NCBI GenBank assembly: GCA_001695645.1
Contig: LVZN01000010.1
Coordinates: forward strand, 16,822 to 48,821
From: Erysipelotrichaceae bacterium MTC7
GTDB taxonomy: Bacteria; Bacillota_I; Bacilli_A; Erysipelotrichales; Erysipelotrichaceae
Direction: 5' to 3'
Length of the DNA: 32,000 nt
Shown here: in pieces, positions 8,838-18,015 of the stretch
Layout of the letters: each line of letters begins with the position of its first letter
Numbering within the stretch: position 1 is the first letter of the stretch
The notes under the pieces: model-generated
The model's input: only the letters and a program-made list of their open reading frames with translations
Databases searched by the model: none
What the model was told of the DNA's origin: nothing
Program-made: the position numbers and the translations under genes

Positions 8838-9980
8838 ATGAATGAAGAACAGATAAGAACAGAAAAACAGAGAGCATTTATTATTAAAATCATCTACATT
8901 GCCATTATTGTCGGATTGGTTGTTGTATCCTTTCGGTATTTGCTTTCTTGGGTTTTACCGTTTGTACTTGGATTGTTAGTTGCAGCCATCGTACAAAAGC
9001 CAGTGCGTTACATCGCAAACAAAATCAAACTTCCTAGTAAAGTGATTACCGTCATCTTTGTGGCTTTGTTTTATGCCATTATCGGAAGTGCAATCTTATT
9101 ATTAGGAATGCAAATTGCAAGTTCCTTAGCAGAAGTCTTCCGCTCGTTTCCAGACTATTACACATCGACAATTCAACCGGCAATTGACACATTATTTAAC
9201 TCAACCTATCAATTAGTCAAAGGAATTAGTCCGGATATTGCAAGTAATGTTGAAGACATCAACAATCAGATGTTGACCGTGTTAAAAGATGCAATACCAA
9301 GTGTTTCGAAACAAGGTTTGGATTTAGCTACGCGCTTTGTTATGTTTGTACCTGGTTTTGTGATTGGTTTATTGATGATGATTATATCTTCATTCTTTAT
9401 TGCATTGGACTTTGATACATTGGGACAATTCTTTATGTTGCAATTCAACGATAAGCAAAAAGTTGTTGTACGTAAGATCAAAGATTTTAGTGTTGGCACC
9501 TTAGGGAAAATCATTAAATCGTATGCGATGATTATGTCGATTACCTTTATTGAAGTTTCCATTGGATTATCCATTTTGCGAGTGGAAAATGCCATTGGAC
9601 TGGCTTTCTTTATCGCGATATTCGATATACTTCCCGTACTAGGTACGGGTGGGATTATGATTCCATGGATGCTAATTACATTGATTAATGGAAACATTCA
9701 ATTGGCCATCGGATTGCTTATTGTCTATGTAGTTGTTACGGTGATCCGTAACATCATTGAACCAAAAATTGTTGGGGTACAAGTAAATGCCAATCCAGTA
9801 TTGATGTTGTTATCCATCTATTTGGGAGCACGAATTCTTGGATTTACCGGAATTATTAGTTTGCCAATTTTGGTGATTGTTGTAAAGAACTTAAATGAAG
9901 AAGGAATTATTCATTTGTATAAAAATTTACCGAAAAAAGAAACACCAAAACATGAAAAGAAAAGCATATCTGCCAAATAG
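8838..9980 (+). CDS. AI-2E family transporter (PerM/YtvI-like permease)
   Basis: 380 aa polytopic protein. The C-terminal region FDILPVLGTGGIMIPW...IRNIIEPKIVG is typical of the AI-2E (UPF0118) family. Confidence 0.65.
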   Translation: MNEEQIRTEKQRAFIIKIIYIAIIVGLVVVSFRYLLSWVLPFVLGLLVAAIVQKPVRYIANKIKLPSKVITVIFVALFYAIIGSAILLLGMQIASSLAEVFRSFPDYYTSTIQPAIDTLFNSTYQLVKGISPDIASNVEDINNQMLTVLKDAIPSVSKQGLDLATRFVMFVPGFVIGLLMMIISSFFIALDFDTLGQFFMLQFNDKQKVVVRKIKDFSVGTLGKIIKSYAMIMSITFIEVSIGLSILRVENAIGLAFFIAIFDILPVLGTGGIMIPWMLITLINGNIQLAIGLLIVYVVVTVIRNIIEPKIVGVQVNANPVLMLLSIYLGARILGFTGIISLPILVIVVKNLNEEGIIHLYKNLPKKETPKHEKKSISAK

Positions 9981-9996
9981 CGGATATGCTTTTTTC
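9962..9996. terminator. Bidirectional terminator
   Basis: Perfect 9-bp stem, AAGCATATC (9962-9970) with GATATGCTT (9983-9991). A T-run follows on the plus strand and T-rich sequence follows on the minus strand. It lies between convergent genes. Confidence 0.75.
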
Positions 9997-9998
9997 TT

Positions 9999-11012
9999 TT
10001 ACAATAATGGAATGTTATTCTTCTTACAAACTTCAATGATTTCATCTGACCATAAACTTGCTTGAACTTCGCCGACGTGTGCTTTTCTTAAAAAGTACAT
10101 ACATAGACGTGATTGTCCAATCCCACCACCGATTGTCAGTGGATAATCATGGTTCATAATTGCTTGGTGATATGGAAGTTTCAGTCTTGTTTCAGCATTT
10201 GCTTTCTTCAATTGTTCATCAAGTTTTTTATCGTTTACCCGAATTCCCATACTCGATAGTTCAAGTGACATTTCAAGCACTGGATACCAAACAAGAATGT
10301 CTCCGTTTAGTGTCCAATCATCATAATCCGGTGCACGTCCATCGTGACGTTTACCAGATTTTAACGTATCACCAATTCCCATCAAGAAGACAGCTCCATA
10401 AGCTTTTACGATGCGATCTTCACGTTCTTTTGCAGTTAAATCTGGATACATATCTTCCAATTCTTGCGTTGAGATAAAATGAATTTTCTCTGGCAAGATG
10501 GGTTCTCCGATTTGTGGATATTGGCGAATGACCATATATTCAATCTCAAGGAGGATATCATAGATTTTACGAACGGTTGTTTGTAGATAATCAAGCGTTC
10601 TTTGCTTTGGTGAAATGATGACTTCCCAGTCCCATTGGTCAACGTAAATTGAGTGATAGTTATCCAATTCTTCATCACGACGAATCGCATTCATATCTGT
10701 ATAAAGTCCTTCGTTTTTTCTTAGACCATAACGTTTCAATGCATCACGTTTCCATTTTGCTAGTGAATGTACGATTTCAATGCTGCGATCGTTGACATCA
10801 GGTGCCACAAAGTCAATCGGACGTTCAACACCATTTAAATCATCGTTTAGTCCACTGTCTGCTTGGACAAAAAGTGGTGCACTTACTCTAGTTAAATGCA
10901 ATGCTTCTCCCAAGCGACGCTCAAACATGTCTTTTACAAATTTAATCGCAATTTCTGTTTCCAACAAACTAAGTGTTGGTTTGTATCCTTCTGGAATAAA
11001 TGTTTTCCCCAT
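9999..11012 (-). CDS. asnA: Aspartate--ammonia ligase (asparagine synthetase A)
   Basis: N-terminal ...[36 protein letters not shown] and C-terminal [14 protein letters not shown] are characteristic of AsnA. The ATG at 11012 has AAGGAG 8 nt upstream. Confidence 0.9.
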   Translation of the reverse strand: MGKTFIPEGYKPTLSLLETEIAIKFVKDMFERRLGEALHLTRVSAPLFVQADSGLNDDLNGVERPIDFVAPDVNDRSIEIVHSLAKWKRDALKRYGLRKNEGLYTDMNAIRRDEELDNYHSIYVDQWDWEVIISPKQRTLDYLQTTVRKIYDILLEIEYMVIRQYPQIGEPILPEKIHFISTQELEDMYPDLTAKEREDRIVKAYGAVFLMGIGDTLKSGKRHDGRAPDYDDWTLNGDILVWYPVLEMSLELSSMGIRVNDKKLDEQLKKANAETRLKLPYHQAIMNHDYPLTIGGGIGQSRLCMYFLRKAHVGEVQASLWSDEIIEVCKKNNIPLL

Positions 11013-11141
11013 ATACACAACTCCTTACTTTTATATGTAGTTAAGTATACCATACTGGTGATGAAAATAAAGATAATTCAAGCATTCCAATAGGTAAAAA
11101 GTAGGACTTGGACTACAATTATGGTAAAGGAGGGATGAACT

Positions 11142-11429
11142 TTGAACTCAAAATTTGAAATAGAGTCGCACGAATTGTTGCATATGTTAGATGAGCAACC
11201 ATTAATCATTGATGTGCGACAACCAGATGAATTTGCACATGGACATATTCCTGGGGCAATCAATGTTCCATTAACGGACATTGTTGAGTTAACACTGGAA
11301 GATGAAGCAATCTTGGTTTGCCAAACTGGGAGGCAGTCGTTTGCAGCAAAGTTAATCTTGGATGATAAAGGGTTTCGTACAAAACGAATGGTGAATGGAA
11401 TGTTGCAGTGGGAAGGTCCACTAGAATAG
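11142..11429 (+). CDS. Single-domain rhodanese-like sulfurtransferase
   Basis: 95 aa. IIDVRQPDEFAHGHIPGAINVP and the active-site loop CQTGRQS. TTG start with AAAGGAGGG 7 nt upstream. Confidence 0.8.
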   Translation: MNSKFEIESHELLHMLDEQPLIIDVRQPDEFAHGHIPGAINVPLTDIVELTLEDEAILVCQTGRQSFAAKLILDDKGFRTKRMVNGMLQWEGPLE

Positions 11430-11438
11430 GAAGATATC

Positions 11439-13091
11439 ATGAAGAAGCGTATTGTTATTGTGGGCGGAGTTGCCGCTGGTATGAGTTGTGCAACAAGGCT
11501 TAGACGTTTAAATGAACATATGGAAATTGTCGTACTGGATAAAGGTGAGTACGTCTCTTTTGCGAATTGCGGAATGCCATATTATGTTGGTCAAGAAATT
11601 AAAGATCGTAACGATTTGTTGGTGAATACACCAGAAGGTTTGAAGAAGCGTTATAACTTAGATGTTCGCACCAAAAGTGATGTGACAAGTTTTGATGGCC
11701 AAAAAAAGGTGGTGTATTACACGCGCGATGGGAAACAGGAAAGTTTGCCTTACGATGCACTTGTCTTAGCACCAGGGGCAAAACCGTTTGCACCCAACAT
11801 CCCTGGTAAAGACAGAGATTACGTATTTACACTTCGTTCCATCAACGATATGGATGCAATTGTTGCCTATATTCAAAAACATCAAGTCAAACAAGCAACC
11901 GTGATTGGTGCTGGATTCATTGGTATGGAAATGGCAGAGAACTTAGCACACCTTGGAATTGGTGTGCGTGTGGTGGAGTTTGCAGATCACATCTTGCCAA
12001 GTATTGATAAAGAGATGGCGGTGTTCTTGGAAGAAGAAGTAGAAGAACACGGCATCGACTTATACCTACAAACAACGGTGGTTGAAATCGGTGAAAACTA
12101 TGTAAAAACAGCAGATGATGAACTGTTAGAAACAGACTTTGTTTTGCTTAGTACAGGTGTGCGCGCAGATAGTGAACCGTTTCAAACGTCTGGTATTAAA
12201 ACAAACCAGCGGGGCAGTATCCTGGTGGATGAACATTTTGAAACCAATATCAAAGATGTCTATGCCGTTGGTGATGCTATCGCTGTAAAGCAAAGACAAA
12301 CGGGTGAACTAGTATCTATTACGTTAGCAAGCCCGGCCAATCGCCAAGGACGTTTGTTGGCGGATATATTGTCGGGTATTCCACGGAAAAATAACGGGTC
12401 TCTTGGAACAGGGATTGTTCGTATATTTGAACAGGCCTTTGCGTCAACGGGACTTAGTGAAGCAACACTACTTGCTTTAAAGAAGGAATATGCGGCGGTT
12501 CATGTACCTGGTAAAAACCACACCGGTTATTTTCCAGGCAGTAAACCAATCTTTTTAAAGCTATTGTTTCACCCAAAGACTGGCGAAATTTATGGAGCAC
12601 AAGCCATCGGTGAAGATGGCGTAGATAAACGCATCGATGTGATTGCAACTGCAATCAATGGAAAATTAAGCGTTTACGATTTAGTTGAATTGGAATTAAC
12701 CTATGCACCACCATTTGGTAGTGCCAAGGACTTAGTAAATATGGCTGGGTATGTTGCACTCAACATCATGGATGGTTTATCGCAAAACATTCAATGGCAT
12801 GAACTAAAAACCTACCAAGAAAAAGGGGCACTGGTTCTTGATGTGCGCAATGAACACGAGCTTCATGGTGGGAAAATCCATGGTTCGATTCATATTCCAT
12901 TGGATGAACTTCGCGAGAAACTAGATGAAATTCCTAAGGGTGAAATTATTATCGTATCCTGTCAAAGCGGGTTGCGTAGTTATATGGCAGAACGTATACT
13001 AAAACAAAATGGATACGACGTACGAAACCTTGATGGAGCCTTTGATCTATTTTCTAAAGTGCTGCCGGAGGATATTGATTCATGGAGTTAA
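11439..13091 (+). CDS. CoA-disulfide reductase family flavoprotein with a C-terminal rhodanese domain (CoADR-RHD / persulfide reductase-like)
   Basis: GGVAAG FAD-binding motif. Redox Cys in SFANCGMPYY. A second dinucleotide fold, VIGAGFIGMEMAE. The C-terminal rhodanese domain has the active-site loop SCQSGLRS. Confidence 0.85.
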   Translation: MKKRIVIVGGVAAGMSCATRLRRLNEHMEIVVLDKGEYVSFANCGMPYYVGQEIKDRNDLLVNTPEGLKKRYNLDVRTKSDVTSFDGQKKVVYYTRDGKQESLPYDALVLAPGAKPFAPNIPGKDRDYVFTLRSINDMDAIVAYIQKHQVKQATVIGAGFIGMEMAENLAHLGIGVRVVEFADHILPSIDKEMAVFLEEEVEEHGIDLYLQTTVVEIGENYVKTADDELLETDFVLLSTGVRADSEPFQTSGIKTNQRGSILVDEHFETNIKDVYAVGDAIAVKQRQTGELVSITLASPANRQGRLLADILSGIPRKNNGSLGTGIVRIFEQAFASTGLSEATLLALKKEYAAVHVPGKNHTGYFPGSKPIFLKLLFHPKTGEIYGAQAIGEDGVDKRIDVIATAINGKLSVYDLVELELTYAPPFGSAKDLVNMAGYVALNIMDGLSQNIQWHELKTYQEKGALVLDVRNEHELHGGKIHGSIHIPLDELREKLDEIPKGEIIIVSCQSGLRSYMAERILKQNGYDVRNLDGAFDLFSKVLPEDIDSWS

Positions 13092-13432
13092 TTATCGCAA
13101 AAGATGCGCTTTCAAAAATGAAGAAACTGTTGCCGATGCAACATGATTTTTTACTCCATCTCGATGATGGACAAGGTATTGATTTTCATGAACATGTATC
13201 ATGTAGTGTAAACTTGCATTTTCGATTGTTAGAAGTTAAAGACCATCATATGCACCCTGCATATGATGTGCGTATCGAATCCACGATTGGACCTGTGTAT
13301 GTAAAGTCGTATTCAGTCATGTATTTGGATCCGATAAATTACATTCGTTTGGGTGGTTATGGTGAGTTTCAACTTGCAGGAAAGTATGCTGGAAATATTG
13401 ATGCCAATCTAAGTGTCACTTTGTATGAGTGA
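13082..13432 (+). CDS. Small HesB/YneR-like (Fe-S cluster biosynthesis family-like) protein
   Basis: 116 aa. The N-terminal MELIIAKDALSKMKKLL...LHLDDGQG pattern resembles short Firmicute proteins annotated as Fe-S cluster biosynthesis family. It overlaps the upstream stop by 10 nt. The assignment is from memory only. Confidence 0.35.
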   Translation: MELIIAKDALSKMKKLLPMQHDFLLHLDDGQGIDFHEHVSCSVNLHFRLLEVKDHHMHPAYDVRIESTIGPVYVKSYSVMYLDPINYIRLGGYGEFQLAGKYAGNIDANLSVTLYE

Positions 13433-13466
13433 TGCTTTTCTTTTAGATGAAACTATGATACTATCT

Positions 13467-13486
13467 ATTTTGATATATATCAAAAT
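13467..13486. promoter_or_regulatory. Perfect 20-bp palindrome containing an FNR/FLP-type box (TTGAT-ATAT-ATCAA)
   Basis: ATTTTGATATATATCAAAAT. Core at 13470-13483. It ends 1 nt before the RBS AGAAGGAG of the ABC ATPase gene (ATG at 13501). Confidence 0.6.
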
Positions 13487-13500
13487 AGAAGGAGAACATC

Positions 13501-14412
13501 ATGGAAGCAATTGTTATTGAAAACTTAGAGAAAATATTTCCACCAGACATTCATGCGGTGGATCAGATACGTTTACAGATTGCACAAGGGGAGGTGTTTG
13601 GATTTCTTGGACCCAATGGAGCTGGAAAAACCACCATGGTCAAACTACTCAATGGAATGTTAGAGCCAACTGCAGGAAGTGCTTCCATCATGGGTCTTGA
13701 CCCATTGAAAGATACCACAGGTATTCATGCCATAAGTGGTGTATTGACTGAACATGCGATGATGTACGATCAAATGAGTGCTGTTGAAAACTTACAGTTT
13801 TTTGGGGAAGTGTTTGGTTTGCAAAAAGATGAAACAACAAAACGAGCATTGGAACTTTTGCAAACATTGCAACTGGATGAGGCAAAAGACCAGAAATTAG
13901 CAACCTATTCGACGGGAATGCGTCAACGCCTATCGCTTGCTCGCGCCCTTATTCATAAACCGAAAATTTTGTTTTTGGATGAACCAACAAGTGGTCTTGA
14001 TCCCGAAAGCGCAATGGCGGTAAATCAATTGATTCAACAACTGGCAAATCAAGGCGTTACAATTTTTCTTTGTACACACCAACTGCGTTATGCCCAAGAG
14101 CTATGTACCAACTATGGATTGATCAGTCAAGGAAAATTACTAGCAACAGGCACGTTGGAACAGTTGCGCAAGCAAGTGTATGATGGTTATACTGTGCGTT
14201 TAAAAAGTTCATGGTTACCTGATACGCTACATTATACAAAGATAGCCGATGATGAAATCGAGTTTCAATTGGAACACGAAGAGGACATTGCTGCAATCAT
14301 TCGTGATATTGTCATGCATGGAGGAAATATCACACATGTGTCCAGTCGTAAAATGAGTTTAGAAGAAATATATTTTGCGCTAATGAAAGAAGCAGAAGGA
14401 GAACGTAAATGA
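13501..14412 (+). CDS. ABC transporter ATP-binding protein (ABC-2 subtype)
   Basis: Walker A GPNGAGKTT, signature YSTGMRQR, Walker B LFLDEPTSGLD, H-loop CTH. Confidence 0.9.
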   Translation: MEAIVIENLEKIFPPDIHAVDQIRLQIAQGEVFGFLGPNGAGKTTMVKLLNGMLEPTAGSASIMGLDPLKDTTGIHAISGVLTEHAMMYDQMSAVENLQFFGEVFGLQKDETTKRALELLQTLQLDEAKDQKLATYSTGMRQRLSLARALIHKPKILFLDEPTSGLDPESAMAVNQLIQQLANQGVTIFLCTHQLRYAQELCTNYGLISQGKLLATGTLEQLRKQVYDGYTVRLKSSWLPDTLHYTKIADDEIEFQLEHEEDIAAIIRDIVMHGGNITHVSSRKMSLEEIYFALMKEAEGERK

Positions 14413-15197
14413 ATCAAAAGATGAAAGCGATTATCGCTAAAGACATTCGCTCTATAGTTGGTGAAAAACGCTATTTCACGATGCTATTGTTTCTTCCGTT
14501 TTTTCTTGGAATTCTCTTTCCGAGCATCTTTGTCTTATTGATTAAAGTGGCGCCAACGGACATGCACGACCTCGATGGATTGATGCAATTATTGCCAAAA
14601 GATTTGGCTGGTGATTCTGTGCTTGATGCCTTGTTGTCGCTAATTTTAAATCAAACGATTCCCATTTTCTTTATGTTAATCCCGATTATGTGTGCATCCG
14701 TTATGGCGGCTAGTTCCTTTGTCGGAGAAAAAGAAAAACGTACATTGGAAACGTTACTCTATTCTCCACTATCATTACGTGACATCTTCAAAGCAAAAGT
14801 TCTTGCTTCAACGATTATCAGTTTACTCATTACCTATGCAACATTCATCTTGATGGTGCTAATCTTGAATGTGGAATTTCAGCTGTTGGATGGTACGTTC
14901 TTTATCCCTGGACTTAGTTGGTTGTGGGTGATGGTGTTGTTGGTGCCTGCATGCACACTGCTTGCAATTACCTTTATTGTGAAAGGTTCAGCAAAAAGTA
15001 AAAGTATGGAAGAGGCCCAACAAAAAGCTGCTTTTTTGGTGATGCCAATTCTTTTAGCGTTCATTAGTCAGTTTATGGGGTTCGTGATTATTAGTCCGTT
15101 TATGATTTTAATTGCGGGTGTAATCTTGTTTATCATCGGCTATCTAATGCTTCAAAAAACAACAAATGCATTCACCTATGAAACGTTAATCAAATAG
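14409..15197 (+). CDS. ABC-2 type transporter permease
   Basis: 262 aa with about 6 hydrophobic segments. ATGA overlap with the ATPase gene. Confidence 0.75.
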   Translation: MNQKMKAIIAKDIRSIVGEKRYFTMLLFLPFFLGILFPSIFVLLIKVAPTDMHDLDGLMQLLPKDLAGDSVLDALLSLILNQTIPIFFMLIPIMCASVMAASSFVGEKEKRTLETLLYSPLSLRDIFKAKVLASTIISLLITYATFILMVLILNVEFQLLDGTFFIPGLSWLWVMVLLVPACTLLAITFIVKGSAKSKSMEEAQQKAAFLVMPILLAFISQFMGFVIISPFMILIAGVILFIIGYLMLQKTTNAFTYETLIK

Positions 15198-15282
15198 ATG
15201 TACCAAGGCAGTGATTACCGGATTACTTCAATAGATTTTTTATGTATTGGCAAGTATAATATAAGTAATTACGAGGAGGTAC

Positions 15283-17892
15283 ATGATGATTGCCTATAAT
15301 AAAGATGCCAAAGTGGTACTTGATGAATTACAAAGTGATCCAAGTGTTGGTTTAAGCACCCAAGAAGTAGAAAAACGGTTAGCCACACATGGATATAATA
15401 AATTAAATGAAAGTAAGAAAAAAAGTATCTTACAACGCTTTCTTGAGCAATTTAAAGATGTTATGATCATCATTTTGCTCATTGCCGCAGCTATAAGTTT
15501 TGTCGTAGCTTTTGAAGAAAAAACGATGTCTGCGTTTTTTGAACCGTTGTTGATACTTTTTATTGTGGTCTTAAATGCGATAGTTGGTGTGTATCAAGAA
15601 AATAAAGCGGAAAAGTCCTTGGAGGCCTTGCAAAAAATGACCACTCCAACTTCACGGGTTATTCGTGATGGGAGCGAACAAATTGTCGATACAAGTAACT
15701 TGGTCCCAGGTGATATTGTAAAGTTGGAAGCTGGAGATTTTATTCCTGCAGACTGTCGCTTGGTTGAGGCCAATGTATTGAAAAGCGATGAATCCATTCT
15801 AACTGGAGAAAGTGTGCCAGTGGATAAGCAAGCCGATGCAATTGTTGCTGAAAATGAGCCACTGGGTGACCGTATCAACATGGTATATTCAGGATGTGTC
15901 TTAACCAATGGGACAGCAATTGCAGTTGTCACGGATACGGGAATGCATTCAGAAGTTGGTAAAATTGCGGGATTGTTAGATGTTGCTGATGAAAGTAAAA
16001 CACCATTGCAAGAACGTTTGGCAAAACTGGGAACATACCTAGGAATTGTTGCCCTTATCATTTGTGCAATTATCTTTGTGATGGGTATCATGGACGGTAT
16101 GCCAATTCTAGAAATCTTTATGACGGCGGTCAGTTTAGCTGTTTCAGCCATTCCAGAAGGATTGCCAGTCATTGTGACTGTGGTCTTATCCATTGGGGTT
16201 GGTCGTATGGCACAACGCCATGCGGTGGTCAAACGATTACCAGCGGTAGAAACACTGGGTAGTACATCGATTATTTGTTCCGACAAAACGGGAACACTAA
16301 CACAAAACAAAATGACCTTGTTGAAAGCTTATGTTGATGGTGGAGAAATCGAAGATATTAGTGATCATAACGATGCAAAAGTAAAAGATTTACTTACGTA
16401 TGCGATTTTATGTAGCGATGCAAGCATTTATGTAGATGCCAATCAAAACGAAGTAAGTGTTGGTGATCCAACAGAAACAAGTATTATTGCAGCAGGTCGA
16501 AAGAACCAAATTCTACAAGAAAACCTTGCGACTGAATATCCAAGACTTGCAGAATTACCGTTTGATAGTGATCGTAAAATGATGTCGACCATTAATGAAA
16601 TTGATGGGAAACATGTGGTCATTGTCAAAGGTGCTTATGATGAAATGAATCTGCATATGATTCATGGTGATTTAGGAAAAGCTGCAGAAGTCGTTGAATC
16701 TATGAGTAAAGAGGCACTGCGTGTCATCGCGGTTGCATATAAAGTGATTGACACCATTCCTGATGAACTGACTAGTGAATCATTAGAAAACGAACTGACC
16801 TTCATGGGTGTCGTTGGTATGATTGACCCACCACGTGAAGAAGTAAAGGAAAGTGTTGCGACTTGTATAAAAGCAGGGATTAAGCCAATTATGATTACCG
16901 GTGACCATGTGTTAACTGCAACGGTGATCGCTAAACAGTTGGGCATTTTCCATGATGGTGACCTTGCCATTAGTGGACAAGAGTTAGCGAAAATGGATGA
17001 TGCAGAACTAAGTAAAAAGTTAGAAAAAATCTCAGTTTATGCACGCGTTTCACCAGAAGACAAAATTCGTATTGTCAAAGCATGGCAGGCAAAAGATAAA
17101 GTTGTGTCGATGACAGGTGATGGTGTGAATGATGCACCATCTTTGAAAGCTGCTGACATTGGTTGTGCAATGGGAATTACTGGAACAGATGTCGCAAAAA
17201 GTGCGGCTGACTTAATCCTAATGGATGATAACTTTGCAACGATAGTTGATGCGGTGCGTGAAGGTCGAGGGATCTATAACAACATTCGTCGTGTGGTTGG
17301 ATATTTGCTTGGAACCAACATTGGTGAAATCGCTGTTGTATTCTTTGCGATGCTTCTATGGCGGAAAACTCCACTATTGTCTATGCAATTGTTGTGGATA
17401 AACTTAGTAACTGACTCACTTCCTGCGATTGCCTTAGGTATGGAACCAATTCATAAAGGCGTGATGCATGAAAAACCGCGTCCAAAGAAGGAAGGTATCT
17501 TCGCCAATGGACTTGGTGTGCAAGTTGTTTTGCAAGGGATTATGTTTGGGTTGCTTTCACTGATTGCCTTCAAAATTGGAATGGATGACGGTGGTTTGAA
17601 AGATGGCCGGACGATGGCGTTTATCGTTCTTGGTTTATCTCAAGTTCACCATTCGTTTAGTATGCGTTCGCATAAAAGTCTATTTAAAATTGGACCATTT
17701 ACAAATAAGAGTTTAAATAAAGCAGCAGCAGTATCCATCGCGTTGATGCTTATCGTAATTTTCATTCAACCGATTACGACAATCTTTGGCTTGGATCATT
17801 TATCCATCCATTTATATGCCATTGCCTGGATCTTAAGTATTACCCCAGTCATTGTCTTGGAAATTGCCAAAGCTTTAGGTTTAGCAAAATAA
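15283..17892 (+). CDS. P2-type cation-transporting ATPase (Ca2+-ATPase, YloB/SERCA-like)
   Basis: TGES, the PEGLP motif in TM4, phosphorylation site CSDKTGTLT, and hinge MTGDGVNDAP. 869 aa. The second ATG, at 15286, has better spacing to GAGGAGG. Confidence 0.9.
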   Translation: MMIAYNKDAKVVLDELQSDPSVGLSTQEVEKRLATHGYNKLNESKKKSILQRFLEQFKDVMIIILLIAAAISFVVAFEEKTMSAFFEPLLILFIVVLNAIVGVYQENKAEKSLEALQKMTTPTSRVIRDGSEQIVDTSNLVPGDIVKLEAGDFIPADCRLVEANVLKSDESILTGESVPVDKQADAIVAENEPLGDRINMVYSGCVLTNGTAIAVVTDTGMHSEVGKIAGLLDVADESKTPLQERLAKLGTYLGIVALIICAIIFVMGIMDGMPILEIFMTAVSLAVSAIPEGLPVIVTVVLSIGVGRMAQRHAVVKRLPAVETLGSTSIICSDKTGTLTQNKMTLLKAYVDGGEIEDISDHNDAKVKDLLTYAILCSDASIYVDANQNEVSVGDPTETSIIAAGRKNQILQENLATEYPRLAELPFDSDRKMMSTINEIDGKHVVIVKGAYDEMNLHMIHGDLGKAAEVVESMSKEALRVIAVAYKVIDTIPDELTSESLENELTFMGVVGMIDPPREEVKESVATCIKAGIKPIMITGDHVLTATVIAKQLGIFHDGDLAISGQELAKMDDAELSKKLEKISVYARVSPEDKIRIVKAWQAKDKVVSMTGDGVNDAPSLKAADIGCAMGITGTDVAKSAADLILMDDNFATIVDAVREGRGIYNNIRRVVGYLLGTNIGEIAVVFFAMLLWRKTPLLSMQLLWINLVTDSLPAIALGMEPIHKGVMHEKPRPKKEGIFANGLGVQVVLQGIMFGLLSLIAFKIGMDDGGLKDGRTMAFIVLGLSQVHHSFSMRSHKSLFKIGPFTNKSLNKAAAVSIALMLIVIFIQPITTIFGLDHLSIHLYAIAWILSITPVIVLEIAKALGLAK

Positions 17893-17908
17893 TCAGAATA
17901 CTATAAAG

Positions 17909-17939
17909 AAGCATAAGTAGCAAATATTTGTGCTTTTTT
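17909..17939 (+). terminator. Rho-independent terminator
   Basis: AAGCATAA (17909-17916) pairs with TTGTGCTT (17928-17935), with one wobble, followed by a T-run. Confidence 0.6.
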
Positions 17940-17947
17940 GATGAAAC

Positions 17948-17989
17948 TTGATATCCATCAATTTTTATCTATATGTGATCTTCTATACT
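17948..17989 (+). promoter_or_regulatory. FNR/FLP-type box plus -10 element (class-II-like promoter of the P1B ATPase gene)
   Basis: TTGATATCCATCAA at 17948-17961 is a perfect TTGAT-N4-ATCAA. TATACT at 17984-17989 lies 22 nt downstream. A start site about 7 nt after the -10 would put the box centre at about -41.5. Confidence 0.65.
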
Positions 17990-18015
17990 AGGAGTAGATA
18001 AAGGAAGTGGTATAG

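Noticed and set aside
11040-11065. Partial palindrome TATACCATACTGGTGAT in the asnA/rhodanese intergenic region, as a CstR/CsoR-type operator
   Set aside because: Only 5 of 7 arm positions pair. I do not reliably remember the operator consensus, and no CsoR-like regulator gene is present in the window.
11078-11440. 120-aa minus-strand ORF
   Set aside because: It is antisense to the rhodanese gene, which has a clear active-site loop and RBS.
15594-16310. 238-aa minus-strand ORF
   Set aside because: It lies entirely antisense within the well-supported Ca-ATPase gene. It has Ser/Thr/Pro-rich composition and no motifs. This is a typical shadow ORF.
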